IMG/VR virus record: IMGVR_UViG_3300018405_000004
Reading direction: 5' to 3' (one strand)
DNA: 49,225 bases
Source of the DNA: a virus
In this document: piece by piece, positions 10,412 through 17,291 of the stretch
Layout: every line of letters begins with the position of its first letter
How positions within the stretch are numbered: the first letter of the stretch is position 1
Position numbers and translations under genes: made by a program
Notes under the pieces: model-generated
What the model was told of the DNA's origin: nothing
Databases searched by the model: none
What the model saw: the letters and a program-made list of their open reading frames with translations, nothing else

Positions 10412-10632
10412 CACATCATCCCGGCTGCTTTAAGCTTGGCGAGCAATGCGTTGAAGTCCGTTACCAGACCGGCTACATCGGTCGCAGCTGTATCATCCTG
10501 ATTGGCCATTTTCTTCACCCCGCCGATTGCGGATGTTGTTGCTGCTGGAAGCGTATAAGCCTCTCCATCCACATCTTCTGGTGTAGCCACTTCTACCGGG
10601 TACCCGCCAACTGACATACATTTAGTAGGCAT
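10411..10632 (-). CDS. Hypothetical 73-aa protein
   Basis: ORF with a GAGGA SD. The C-terminal DFNALLAKLKAAGMM loosely resembles head-fibre-type virion proteins (weak recollection). Confidence 0.4.
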   Translation of the reverse strand: MPTKCMSVGGYPVEVATPEDVDGEAYTLPAATTSAIGGVKKMANQDDTAATDVAGLVTDFNALLAKLKAAGMM

Positions 10633-10906
10633 ATGGAATAATCCTCTACAAATTTAAATACATCACCGGGGGAACCCGAGACATGAGGGTTGTTATATCT
10701 ACATAAAACTCTGTCAATGGCACTTTACTGACACCATTTGCAGAACTTTATATTCGCAGCATTGCCACGCTTCACAGAGTTGCGCCACCACTTCTCGTCT
10801 GTTCCGAGCCGCCAAGATAGTGATCACCTCCTACGGGGTTACACAATCTGATCCTTGTCGGGAGGAAGTCATTATCAAGCCCACCTGAAGATGAGCTTTG
10901 TAATGC

Positions 10907-11182
10907 CTACCGGTTCACTCTCAACTCTTCAATCTTTCCGATGGCTCGTAACTTACCGTTGCACTCGTCCAGCGCATCCAGCAGCGTCAGGTTAAGCACC
11001 ACGCTGTCGCCGTAGGTCATCTGTTCTGGGATTTGTGGCACCGGGCATTCAGTTGGCAGGCTGGCTGGTATCGGCAGGTACGGTTGCTTTACCGTTTCGT
11101 ACACCGTCAGCGGCTTCGCGCATCCTGACAAGAGCGCCAGCAGGGATAAGCTCAACAGAGCACATGCTGTCTTTGAGGGCAC
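10907..11182 (-). CDS. Rz1: o-spanin (Rz1-type outer-membrane lipoprotein)
   Basis: GTG start with a GAGGTGA SD. Signal peptide plus lipobox LLSGC. Partly overlaps the 3' end of Rz in another frame. Confidence 0.8.
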   Translation of the reverse strand: MPSKTACALLSLSLLALLSGCAKPLTVYETVKQPYLPIPASLPTECPVPQIPEQMTYGDSVVLNLTLLDALDECNGKLRAIGKIEELRVNR

Positions 11183-11471
11183 TTTTCACCTCTTCCTGCA
11201 GGCGTTGGGATTTCATTTCAGCAGCTGCGCGACGCCGGGATTCTGTAGCCACGATGTCATTCATCGACTTAACCTCAGTGGTCAGGTCGTTGACGGATTT
11301 AATCAGGGCGTCATTCTTACTGGAGAGTTGGGCTGTTTGTTCGGAGAGTGTGGAATTCTCTTTCACCAGGTCCTGGTAGTTGCTGGTCATTCGCATGCCG
11401 ACAAATATCAGAAACGCTACACCACCGATGATGACGATGTCTTTCGCGGTTGGCGGCTTGATGTCAAACAT
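11049..11471 (-). CDS. Rz: i-spanin (Rz-type)
   Basis: Start MFDIKPP. One N-terminal TM helix followed by a coiled-coil periplasmic domain. Follows the endolysin gene. Confidence 0.8.
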   Translation of the reverse strand: MFDIKPPTAKDIVIIGGVAFLIFVGMRMTSNYQDLVKENSTLSEQTAQLSSKNDALIKSVNDLTTEVKSMNDIVATESRRRAAAEMKSQRLQEEVKSALKDSMCSVELIPAGALVRMREAADGVRNGKATVPADTSQPAN

Positions 11472-11973
11472 TCTTCTGCCCCCACACACAAACCTCTCGC
11501 TCTATCTCGCGGCGGTTAATCAGACCTTTCCACTGCTTTCCGCCCGCATATGTCCATCTGCGTAGCTGGTCACAAGCACCGGCGCTGTCGCCTTTGTTGA
11601 TGAGTCGCAGGAGGGTTGAAGTTTTGAATGCTGATACGCCAACGTTGTACGCGAATGAGTACATCGCCCCGCGCATAGTGTCAGGGATATCAGCGTTAAT
11701 AACCGGATCAATCTGTCGGGCAACAGACTGAAGGTCTGCATTGAGCAGGTCCATGCATTGCTGTTCAGTGTATCGCTTACCCATCACCACATCTGGGCCG
11801 GTATGGCCCCAGCATACGGTTGGTACACCAACCACATCGCGATAAGGGATGTATTTCACACCTTCGAGCCCATCATTACCCGTTGGGCCCATTATCAGTG
11901 CACCCGCAACCGCTATAGCTCCTGCCGTTGATGCTGCAATGACCTTGTTACGAAACGCTGTAGACATCGCCAT
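11464..11973 (-). CDS. SAR-endolysin (T4-type lysozyme, GH24)
   Basis: AGGAG SD before the ATG at 11973. N-terminal weakly hydrophobic SAR segment [17 protein letters not shown]. Catalytic region [23 protein letters not shown]. Confidence 0.85.
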   Translation of the reverse strand: MAMSTAFRNKVIAASTAGAIAVAGALIMGPTGNDGLEGVKYIPYRDVVGVPTVCWGHTGPDVVMGKRYTEQQCMDLLNADLQSVARQIDPVINADIPDTMRGAMYSFAYNVGVSAFKTSTLLRLINKGDSAGACDQLRRWTYAGGKQWKGLINRREIEREVCVWGQKNV

Positions 11974-11974
11974 G

Positions 11975-12259
11975 TCATTGCTCCTGAGGCATAGCGCCTG
12001 CAATGTCAGTCATCTTTGGTAGGGGTTGAGTGCTGTCTGATTTTGAATAGGCGCGGTTGATAATTTCAGTGCGCTTTTTCTCTTCCTCAATCACTGCATT
12101 GTTGCGGCGATTGTTAGAGCGGTAGGTTAACCAGGTAAACAGGGCTGTAACCACGGCACCCAGGGCAAACAGCACATCCTGTAACGTTAGCATGGTGAAA
12201 AAACCCGTCATGGTTGTCCAAAAATAGGACCAGAAGCCATTGCTGTTATTCATGCGCAT
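11975..12259 (-). CDS. Holin with dual-start motif (Met-Arg-Met)
   Basis: GGAGGTGA SD, then ATG at 12259 and ATG at 12253 (MRMNN..). TM segments are present. First gene of the lysis cassette. Confidence 0.75.
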   Translation of the reverse strand: MRMNNSNGFWSYFWTTMTGFFTMLTLQDVLFALGAVVTALFTWLTYRSNNRRNNAVIEEEKKRTEIINRAYSKSDSTQPLPKMTDIAGAMPQEQ

Positions 12260-12333
12260 ATCTCTCACCTCCGTAGTTTTCGGAAGTGCTGTGTTAGCCG
12301 ATGAATCCCGATGCGGTTATCCGGATCCAGAAA

Positions 12334-12356
12334 TAAAAAACCCGCTCAAGGCGGGG
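12334..12356 (-). terminator. Intrinsic terminator between the tRNA cluster and the holin gene
   Basis: On the minus strand: CCCGC-CTTGA-GCGGG followed by TTTTTTA. Confidence 0.65.
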
Positions 12357-12388
12357 AGGGGAAAAGGTACAGCGGCTGGTATGGAATT

Positions 12389-12463
12389 TGGTGCCGGGCA
12401 AAGGAATCGAACCTCTGACGCATTGCTTACAAGGCAATCGTTCTGCCACTGAACTAGACCGGC
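12389..12463 (-). tRNA. tRNA-Thr (anticodon UGU)
   Basis: Cloverleaf read by eye. Anticodon arm ATTGC-CTTGTAA-GCAAT and T-arm AGAGG-TTCGATT-CCTTT; the 3' CCA is encoded. One U-C mismatch in the acceptor stem. Confidence 0.75.
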
Positions 12464-12467
12464 TTAT

Positions 12468-12544
12468 TGGTGGGCCATAAAGGATTCGAACCTTCTGCCA
12501 TTCCCTTATGAGGGGACCGCTCATACCAAATGAGCTTCTGGCCC
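12468..12544 (-). tRNA. tRNA with CAU anticodon (Met, or Ile2 if lysidine-modified)
   Basis: Anticodon arm TCCC-CTCATAA-GGGA, T-arm GAAGG-TTCGAAT-CCTTT, acceptor GGGCCA/TGGCCC; CCA is encoded. Confidence 0.7.
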
Positions 12545-12550
12545 GGAATT

Positions 12551-12625
12551 TGGAGCATCTGGCGGGGATCGAACCCGCATATTCTGGGTGGAAGCCAGAC
12601 GTAATTACCAAACTACGACAGATGC
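12551..12625 (-). tRNA. tRNA-Gly (anticodon UCC)
   Basis: Perfect acceptor GCATCTG/CAGATGC, anticodon arm TCTGG-CTTCCAC-CCAGA, T-arm GCGGG-TTCGATC-CCCGC; CCA is encoded. Confidence 0.85.
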
Positions 12626-12671
12626 AAATAAAAAAAGCCGCCGTGGCAACTTAAGAGTCACGAACGGCAGC
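12626..12671 (-). terminator. tR'-like terminator just downstream of the late promoter
   Basis: On the minus strand: GCTGCCGT...ACGGCGGC stem followed by TTTTTTTATTT, about 20 nt after the predicted late start site. Confidence 0.55.
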
Positions 12672-12681
12672 TTATGTGTTA

Positions 12682-12710
12682 ATGATTGCTCATTTGCTCA
12701 ATGATGTCAA
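12682..12710 (-). promoter_or_regulatory. pR'-type late promoter (target of Q)
   Basis: On the minus strand: TTGACA, 17 bp spacer, AATCAT. It lies immediately after the Q stop codon, as in lambdoid phages. Confidence 0.55.
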
Positions 12711-12716
12711 CACGTT

Positions 12717-13205
12717 CTAAGCAACATGCTTAACTTTATCGACACGTTTGCGGTTGTTAAACGCATTTACCATTGGTTGATACAGAAAGTACATTGTGGC
12801 TGACAGGATTTCATCCACTTCCCGGCGACAGGTAATGAGGGATGGCCGCCTAATTCTTTCACCGCCCCTCCCTACCATTTTGCGAGGACTTGCGGTCTTG
12901 TGGTAGTAGGATGATATTGAGTATTTAGATGAGCCGTGAGCGTAGTAGCTGAGCAGAATACCGAAGGCTTTCTTGTCAATCTGCATGACGGAATCGACGA
13001 CCTGAGAAATCAACATTCCATCATCATCATTGCACATTGGGCGAGTCGGGTTTTTACTTGGCTCTACGCTTTCCATCCACTGGTAAATCATGCTGCTCAT
13101 GCGCTTTTCCAGTCTCCCGGAGTAAACCCATGCGCCCCACAATTCCAGCCAGCTATTGAGCCACTCATGCTGCTCATTGGTGAGTTTCAGTTCATGTATG
13201 CTCAT
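12717..13205 (-). CDS. Q: Late antiterminator Q (QuuD / phage-82-type family)
   Basis: 162 aa. The pattern WLELWGAW...RPMCNDDDGMLISQ...LLSYYAHG matches the Phage_antitermQ pattern. Lies upstream of the late promoter. Confidence 0.8.
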   Translation of the reverse strand: MSIHELKLTNEQHEWLNSWLELWGAWVYSGRLEKRMSSMIYQWMESVEPSKNPTRPMCNDDDGMLISQVVDSVMQIDKKAFGILLSYYAHGSSKYSISSYYHKTASPRKMVGRGGERIRRPSLITCRREVDEILSATMYFLYQPMVNAFNNRKRVDKVKHVA

Positions 13206-13441
13206 TAGGCTGCATCTCCATCTGGCTTATTCAATCCCAACCGCTCGTTGACCTCGTTGAGCATGTGCTCTAACCGAGCGGTTGTTTTCTTTGAGTCCTC
13301 GACAGACAGCTCAAGTTGCTTTTTCATCTGCATATCGGCATTGCGCTGTTCATGAAAGAATGAAGAGCCAGCCGTTGCCCGTGGGAAGTTATTGGGAATG
13401 GCTGTCGGTGTTGGGTTGGTGATTGGTGTGATAGTGCTCAT
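13205..13441 (-). CDS. Hypothetical protein (78 aa)
   Basis: ATG at 13441 in an ATGA overlap with the upstream ORF. The stop overlaps the Q start. Confidence 0.5.
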   Translation of the reverse strand: MSTITPITNPTPTAIPNNFPRATAGSSFFHEQRNADMQMKKQLELSVEDSKKTTARLEHMLNEVNERLGLNKPDGDAA

Positions 13442-13617
13442 TTCTGCCACCTCATTGCCGCTTCAATCTCAGTTTGTGGAATTTCCCGTAGCGTCTTCAG
13501 CTCGTCGTCACGAAGATTCCTGACGCCCATGAATACAACGCCGGATGGTGTTCTCACTGCATGCACATGGCGCTCTAGATACATGTTGAGTAGCGCCAGC
13601 GTGTTTTGTGTTGTCAT
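13438..13617 (-). CDS. Hypothetical protein (59 aa)
   Basis: ORF below the track cutoff (MTTQNTLALLNMYLERH...). ATGA overlaps at both ends. Confidence 0.45.
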   Translation of the reverse strand: MTTQNTLALLNMYLERHVHAVRTPSGVVFMGVRNLRDDELKTLREIPQTEIEAAMRWQK

Positions 13618-14198
13618 GCTGCCTCACTCCTGCTTTTGATTAACTCGCGTAAAAGTGCTCTGTAACGCGCTCTAATCGCGTCCAGTTCCTCGCGGGTATA
13701 TCGATGGGGGGTATTGTTGTTTTCGAGCATCTCAACGCGTTCTGCGCCGATTTTGGCTATGAGTGCTGCACGGTACGGAATGGCGTTGCTGGATAGCTCG
13801 TCATTGCACCGATGACACTGTTTGTGGATGTTGTCTTCGTTGAACCTTAGGTGTGATGCCGCACCTCTTGACCTGTAATGCCCGGCCTCCCATTGAACCG
13901 TTGACCACGTTCCGCAGCTGATGCACGGCAAATCCCTGTCGCGCTCACGGATGAAATCGTTAACCACCCTCTGCGTCAGGTCTTCCCAATGCGCTAGCGG
14001 TTTTAGCTTCGCCTTCCGCTCTCTCCATTCACGACGAGACTCAGCCTCAGATTTCTTAATCTGCTTCTCTTTCTGTCGTTTTTGGTATTGGTAGGCGCAA
14101 GTCGGGGAGCAAACAAACTGGAGTGGACGTTCTGGGATAAATTTGGCTTTACAGCATTTACAGGTCTTAGGCTTCGGCTGTTTTCGAGCCTCTCGCAT
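13614..14198 (-). CDS. ninG: NinG/Rap recombination endonuclease
   Basis: 194 aa. Cys clusters CKCCKAKF..CSPTC and CISCG...GHY.SRG...HKQCHRCN are typical of lambda NinG. Confidence 0.85.
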   Translation of the reverse strand: MREARKQPKPKTCKCCKAKFIPERPLQFVCSPTCAYQYQKRQKEKQIKKSEAESRREWRERKAKLKPLAHWEDLTQRVVNDFIRERDRDLPCISCGTWSTVQWEAGHYRSRGAASHLRFNEDNIHKQCHRCNDELSSNAIPYRAALIAKIGAERVEMLENNNTPHRYTREELDAIRARYRALLRELIKSRSEAA

Positions 14199-14391
14199 AT
14201 TCCCTCCAGTGCTTATCCATTATTTCCTTCGGCACCCGAAGACTGATGCCATGACGCGAAGCGTGTACACGAACCGCCTCGATATTCCTCTTCATGAGTT
14301 GCGCCATTACGCAGGCTGGAACTTTGCCTGCATTGCGCAGAATGTATTCCGTTTCCTTTTGGGTGAAAAAGTGCCGGTGTTTACTAGCCAT
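14167..14391 (-). CDS. Hypothetical nin-region protein (74 aa)
   Basis: GAGG SD 9 nt before the ATG at 14391. The 3' end overlaps the ninG start. Confidence 0.5.
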   Translation of the reverse strand: MASKHRHFFTQKETEYILRNAGKVPACVMAQLMKRNIEAVRVHASRHGISLRVPKEIMDKHWREYARGSKTAEA

Positions 14392-14560
14392 CGTCTTCAT
14401 CCTCTCTCATCTCGCTATTGGGGTCGCCGCACAGGTTGATTGCACATGGCTCGCATATGTGGGTTTCAAATGGGTGCAGAGGTGTATTGCAGTGTGCGCA
14501 GTGACCGGCTCGGTGATTGCTCTCTGCCTGGTATTGTTGGATAGATTCAGGGGTCAACAT
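14384..14560 (-). CDS. ninF: NinF
   Basis: MLTPESIQQYQ...CAHCN..LHPFETHICEPC...DPNSEMREDEDDG parallels lambda NinF. GGAGGAAG SD. Confidence 0.75.
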   Translation of the reverse strand: MLTPESIQQYQAESNHRAGHCAHCNTPLHPFETHICEPCAINLCGDPNSEMREDEDDG

Positions 14561-14732
14561 GCTTCCTCCGCGCACGCTCACGCAGCCAGCGGGTATCCGC
14601 CAGGTGAGACGTGTAGTTGAAAGTTAATATTTGGGATGGCGGTATTTCTGGCTTGCGTTTCTTGCTGTGGGTGACGCGGAAAATCATGTGCTCACATATT
14701 CGCTCTATGGGACTTCGTCGGGTCATGCGCAC
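14547..14732 (-). CDS. ninE: NinE
   Basis: MRMTRRSPIERICEH...TFNYTSHLADTRWLRERARR parallels lambda NinE. Confidence 0.7.
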   Translation of the reverse strand: MRMTRRSPIERICEHMIFRVTHSKKRKPEIPPSQILTFNYTSHLADTRWLRERARRKHVDP

Positions 14733-14733
14733 C

Positions 14734-15186
14734 TCAGAAGAAGCTCTGTAGTTGATTGAGGATGTTCGGGTCTCTCGTGCGCCCGAACACGTGCTTTATG
14801 GCGGCGTTTATCAGCGCGGAATAACAACGCTCGAAACTCTCCTGGTCCATGTTTGCAAATGCGAGGCTTTGCGCCTCCGTCCTGATTTCACCGTTAAGCC
14901 GCATCGTCTGCTCGTAGAATCCAGCGAGGATGGTTAAGTCCTTGCGGAAGCGATCGAACTGGCTAACCTCGTCCATATGCTCTAGTCCGGCCCTTTCGGC
15001 TGACCAGTGAGCAAAGCAGAAGTTGAAGAAGGCGAAGACCTTTCGATGATGTGCGGGATTACGGGATAACTTGATTTCGGCGGTGTACATCTCGCCGTTT
15101 TTGAATCGCTGGAGTCTTTCGAGGTCTATGTCATGTGCTGGAGTAAATGTGCCGCCTGGGTGTTTCACCAGGTCGAATTGCATCAT
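14734..15186 (-). CDS. ninB: NinB/Orf recombination mediator
   Basis: 150 aa. Collinear with lambda NinB (FDL..HPGG.F.P....D...L...K.G..Y...I...RN...HR..FA). Confidence 0.85.
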   Translation of the reverse strand: MMQFDLVKHPGGTFTPAHDIDLERLQRFKNGEMYTAEIKLSRNPAHHRKVFAFFNFCFAHWSAERAGLEHMDEVSQFDRFRKDLTILAGFYEQTMRLNGEIRTEAQSLAFANMDQESFERCYSALINAAIKHVFGRTRDPNILNQLQSFF

Positions 15187-15434
15187 TATCTCCGACTATT
15201 AAATCTCTTTGCACATTCGTCACGGAATGATTTCATTACCTCTTCTACGGACATGTCGTCGGTGTCATCAGGAAGCAACTCTACGTTATCGGTATTGAAA
15301 TCGAAGTCAGCCGCGCATTTAGGGTTGGTGCAGCGGATGTGATGACAGAGATGATTATCTTCCGGGTCCAGCTCGTCTTCACCACACCACTTCACTTTTG
15401 AATCGCAAAACGGGCAATTTTTGAGTTCGCTCAT
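15186..15434 (-). CDS. Lar-family restriction-alleviation-like zinc-ribbon protein (82 aa)
   Basis: GGAGGGG SD. MSELKNCPFC...C.NPKC...RFNSRR resembles the Lar_restr_allev pattern. Confidence 0.55.
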   Translation of the reverse strand: MSELKNCPFCDSKVKWCGEDELDPEDNHLCHHIRCTNPKCAADFDFNTDNVELLPDDTDDMSVEEVMKSFRDECAKRFNSRR

Positions 15435-15435
15435 C

Positions 15436-15630
15436 TCACCCCTCCTTAACGCGAAGTCCAGCGGCGCGGATGGCGACAGGCCCGTATTCTTCGTCAACCT
15501 TTAACTCCAATGCCTTCACCTGCTCGTCAGTTAATTCGATGTCTACAGTGCGATAAGTGACGCTGCCACCGGCATGAATCACATGCCCCAGGTATTGCAC
15601 CAAGACCGTCATACTTTTTGCATTACTCAT
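15436..15630 (-). CDS. Hypothetical protein (64 aa)
   Basis: GGAGGGG SD before the ATG at 15630. Confidence 0.5.
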   Translation of the reverse strand: MSNAKSMTVLVQYLGHVIHAGGSVTYRTVDIELTDEQVKALELKVDEEYGPVAIRAAGLRVKEG

Positions 15631-15656
15631 ATTCCCCTCCACATGCCAGCAGGCTG

Positions 15657-15893
15657 CTAATCGAAATAGAAACTTTCTGGCTCGTGTCTTTTGCCATCAG
15701 AATCTTCAATGAATTTATAATCAAGCAGGTGACATGGTTGAAGTAACCCACAAACATCAATCCGCATGCATCCTGTCTGAACATCAACATCATGTATGGG
15801 CCATTGCCATTTTTCGTTGTGCTCAATAGCCATAAAAGGTTGCGGAAGGGAGTTAATTAACTCCATGTCCAATACATCATTCGCCTCTCTCAC
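15657..15893 (-). CDS. Hypothetical protein (78 aa or shorter)
   Basis: ORF in the early-right operon. The start codon is uncertain. Confidence 0.45.
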   Translation of the reverse strand: MREANDVLDMELINSLPQPFMAIEHNEKWQWPIHDVDVQTGCMRIDVCGLLQPCHLLDYKFIEDSDGKRHEPESFYFD

Positions 15894-16354
15894 TCTCCCA
15901 CCTCCATCAGCTCATGCGGGTACTCGCCAAACTCTGCCAAGAGAGTTGCCGATATTTCTTTGGCTACTTCATTAAAGCCGGTGGCGTCACGTGGTTTTTC
16001 CGTGAACCCTTTTTCAGTGAGCAATTCTATGGTTCGGGAGAATGCGCGCTGGTTTAAGTTATCAGGAAGCCAGAAGTGGAATGCGCTACCCTTTCGGTGT
16101 TGGTCAGCCCCCAGTACTCCACGCTCAATCAGCTTGTGAATACGGCGCATTGATTGGTTATTGCCGATGGGGAAGTTGATAAAATTGCTCCTGAATGCCG
16201 TGCACACATGGGTTGCGTACCGCATATAAAACTTATCGTTAGGGGTAAGCCCACGCTGATTACCAAAGTAATTATACGTCGACGTGTAAGGCAACCGGCT
16301 AACAACGCCTTTCCAGATTGCAGAAAGAAAATCTCGGTCTGATATTTTCATCAC
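15890..16354 (-). CDS. Hypothetical protein (154 aa)
   Basis: ORF with ATGA-type overlaps at both ends. Confidence 0.55.
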   Translation of the reverse strand: MMKISDRDFLSAIWKGVVSRLPYTSTYNYFGNQRGLTPNDKFYMRYATHVCTAFRSNFINFPIGNNQSMRRIHKLIERGVLGADQHRKGSAFHFWLPDNLNQRAFSRTIELLTEKGFTEKPRDATGFNEVAKEISATLLAEFGEYPHELMEVGE

Positions 16355-16737
16355 TTGCTCTCCATCAGCTCATCGGGAATGTCTACCTCATCGCCAAGCT
16401 TTGAGGCCACTACAGCGCGACAGATGGCGATTTTCGGCTCACTTGCGGTATACCCTCGGCGCTTGTCATATGGCACTTTCTCATTCACTGCTACCCAGTG
16501 ATAGACCTTGCTACTCTCAGGGTCGACGGACGCATAGCAACTGATTTTTAGCTTCTCAATCAGCGGCCCACAAATAGACCAGTCGTTAGTCGGTTGCCAC
16601 AAACTCATATCAATGGGGTTATGCGAAGTAATCTCTTTAACCAAACCACCGATGGTTATGCCAACGTTAGCGCCAATAGCGCGGCCCGTCGCCCAATCCA
16701 AAGCCTTTCCGCTCAGCTCTGCTGTTTTAACTTTCAC
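16351..16737 (-). CDS. DUF2591-family phage protein
   Basis: LSGKALDWATGRAIG...WQPTNDWSICGPLIEK matches the DUF2591 pattern. Confidence 0.65.
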   Translation of the reverse strand: MKVKTAELSGKALDWATGRAIGANVGITIGGLVKEITSHNPIDMSLWQPTNDWSICGPLIEKLKISCYASVDPESSKVYHWVAVNEKVPYDKRRGYTASEPKIAICRAVVASKLGDEVDIPDELMESK

Positions 16738-16979
16738 GATTGATTCCCTCCGCGCAGAGTTTTCATTTCATCGCTAAGTACGTCGCGGTCAACCCAAACG
16801 ATAAAGCCAACCTTTCCACCTCCTGTCGCCACGTCTGTTGCGTTAAGGGCATCGGTCTTGAAGGTGATTGTTGCGTGCTTCGTGGATGAGCGAATGCCTG
16901 TCATGCAGCTATCAAGCATCTGAAAGTTGATGCGGTCATCGCCAATCGCATTCATGAGTTGTGTAATTCCAATTGCCAT
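16734..16979 (-). CDS. Hypothetical protein (81 aa)
   Basis: ORF coupled to the downstream gene. Confidence 0.5.
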   Translation of the reverse strand: MAIGITQLMNAIGDDRINFQMLDSCMTGIRSSTKHATITFKTDALNATDVATGGGKVGFIVWVDRDVLSDEMKTLRGGNQS

Positions 16980-17000
16980 CGTCTTATCTCTCTCGGTAAT

Positions 17001-17291
17001 TTATTGAACAGGGCGGCCGCACCACGATTTATCGTCGTGAAGCTCTTTACAGCGAAGCCAGATACAGTCGTAAACGAATGGGATGAAAGCCCTGAAGAAC
17101 TCTTCCCATTGCGATGGCCGGAAGCCAGTTACTTCGTCTACCATCGCCTCAATCGGCGTTCTGCGAACCGGGGGGCGTGTTACACCATAAAGCCGCTCGA
17201 AGTTTTCGATAAGCTCCTGCTCTTCCAGGCAGGTATCGAGCACCGCTGCGAATCGTGGGTTGGTGAGAAGTAAAAGCACTTGCTTTTTCAT
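17001..17291 (-). CDS. Hypothetical protein (96 aa)
   Basis: ATG at 17291 forms an ATGA overlap with the DnaB stop. The longer track start at 17351 is rejected. Confidence 0.55.
   Translation of the reverse strand: MKKQVLLLLTNPRFAAVLDTCLEEQELIENFERLYGVTRPPVRRTPIEAMVDEVTGFRPSQWEEFFRAFIPFVYDCIWLRCKELHDDKSWCGRPVQ

Noticed and set aside
10633-10906. 274-bp non-coding gap between the lysis and packaging modules (looked for cos/pac, an ncRNA, a promoter)
   Set aside because: Only a TTGACA with no convincing -10 element and no stable conserved hairpin were found. A cohesive-end or pac site cannot be assigned from sequence alone.
12294-12611. 105-aa minus-strand ORF and 70-aa plus-strand ORF across the tRNA cluster
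   Set aside because: The region folds into three tRNA cloverleaves with encoded CCA ends, so the ORFs are read-through artefacts.
12389-12625. Idea that a phage tRNA suppresses the amber codon in ant
   Set aside because: The anticodons read as UGU, CAU and UCC. None is CUA.
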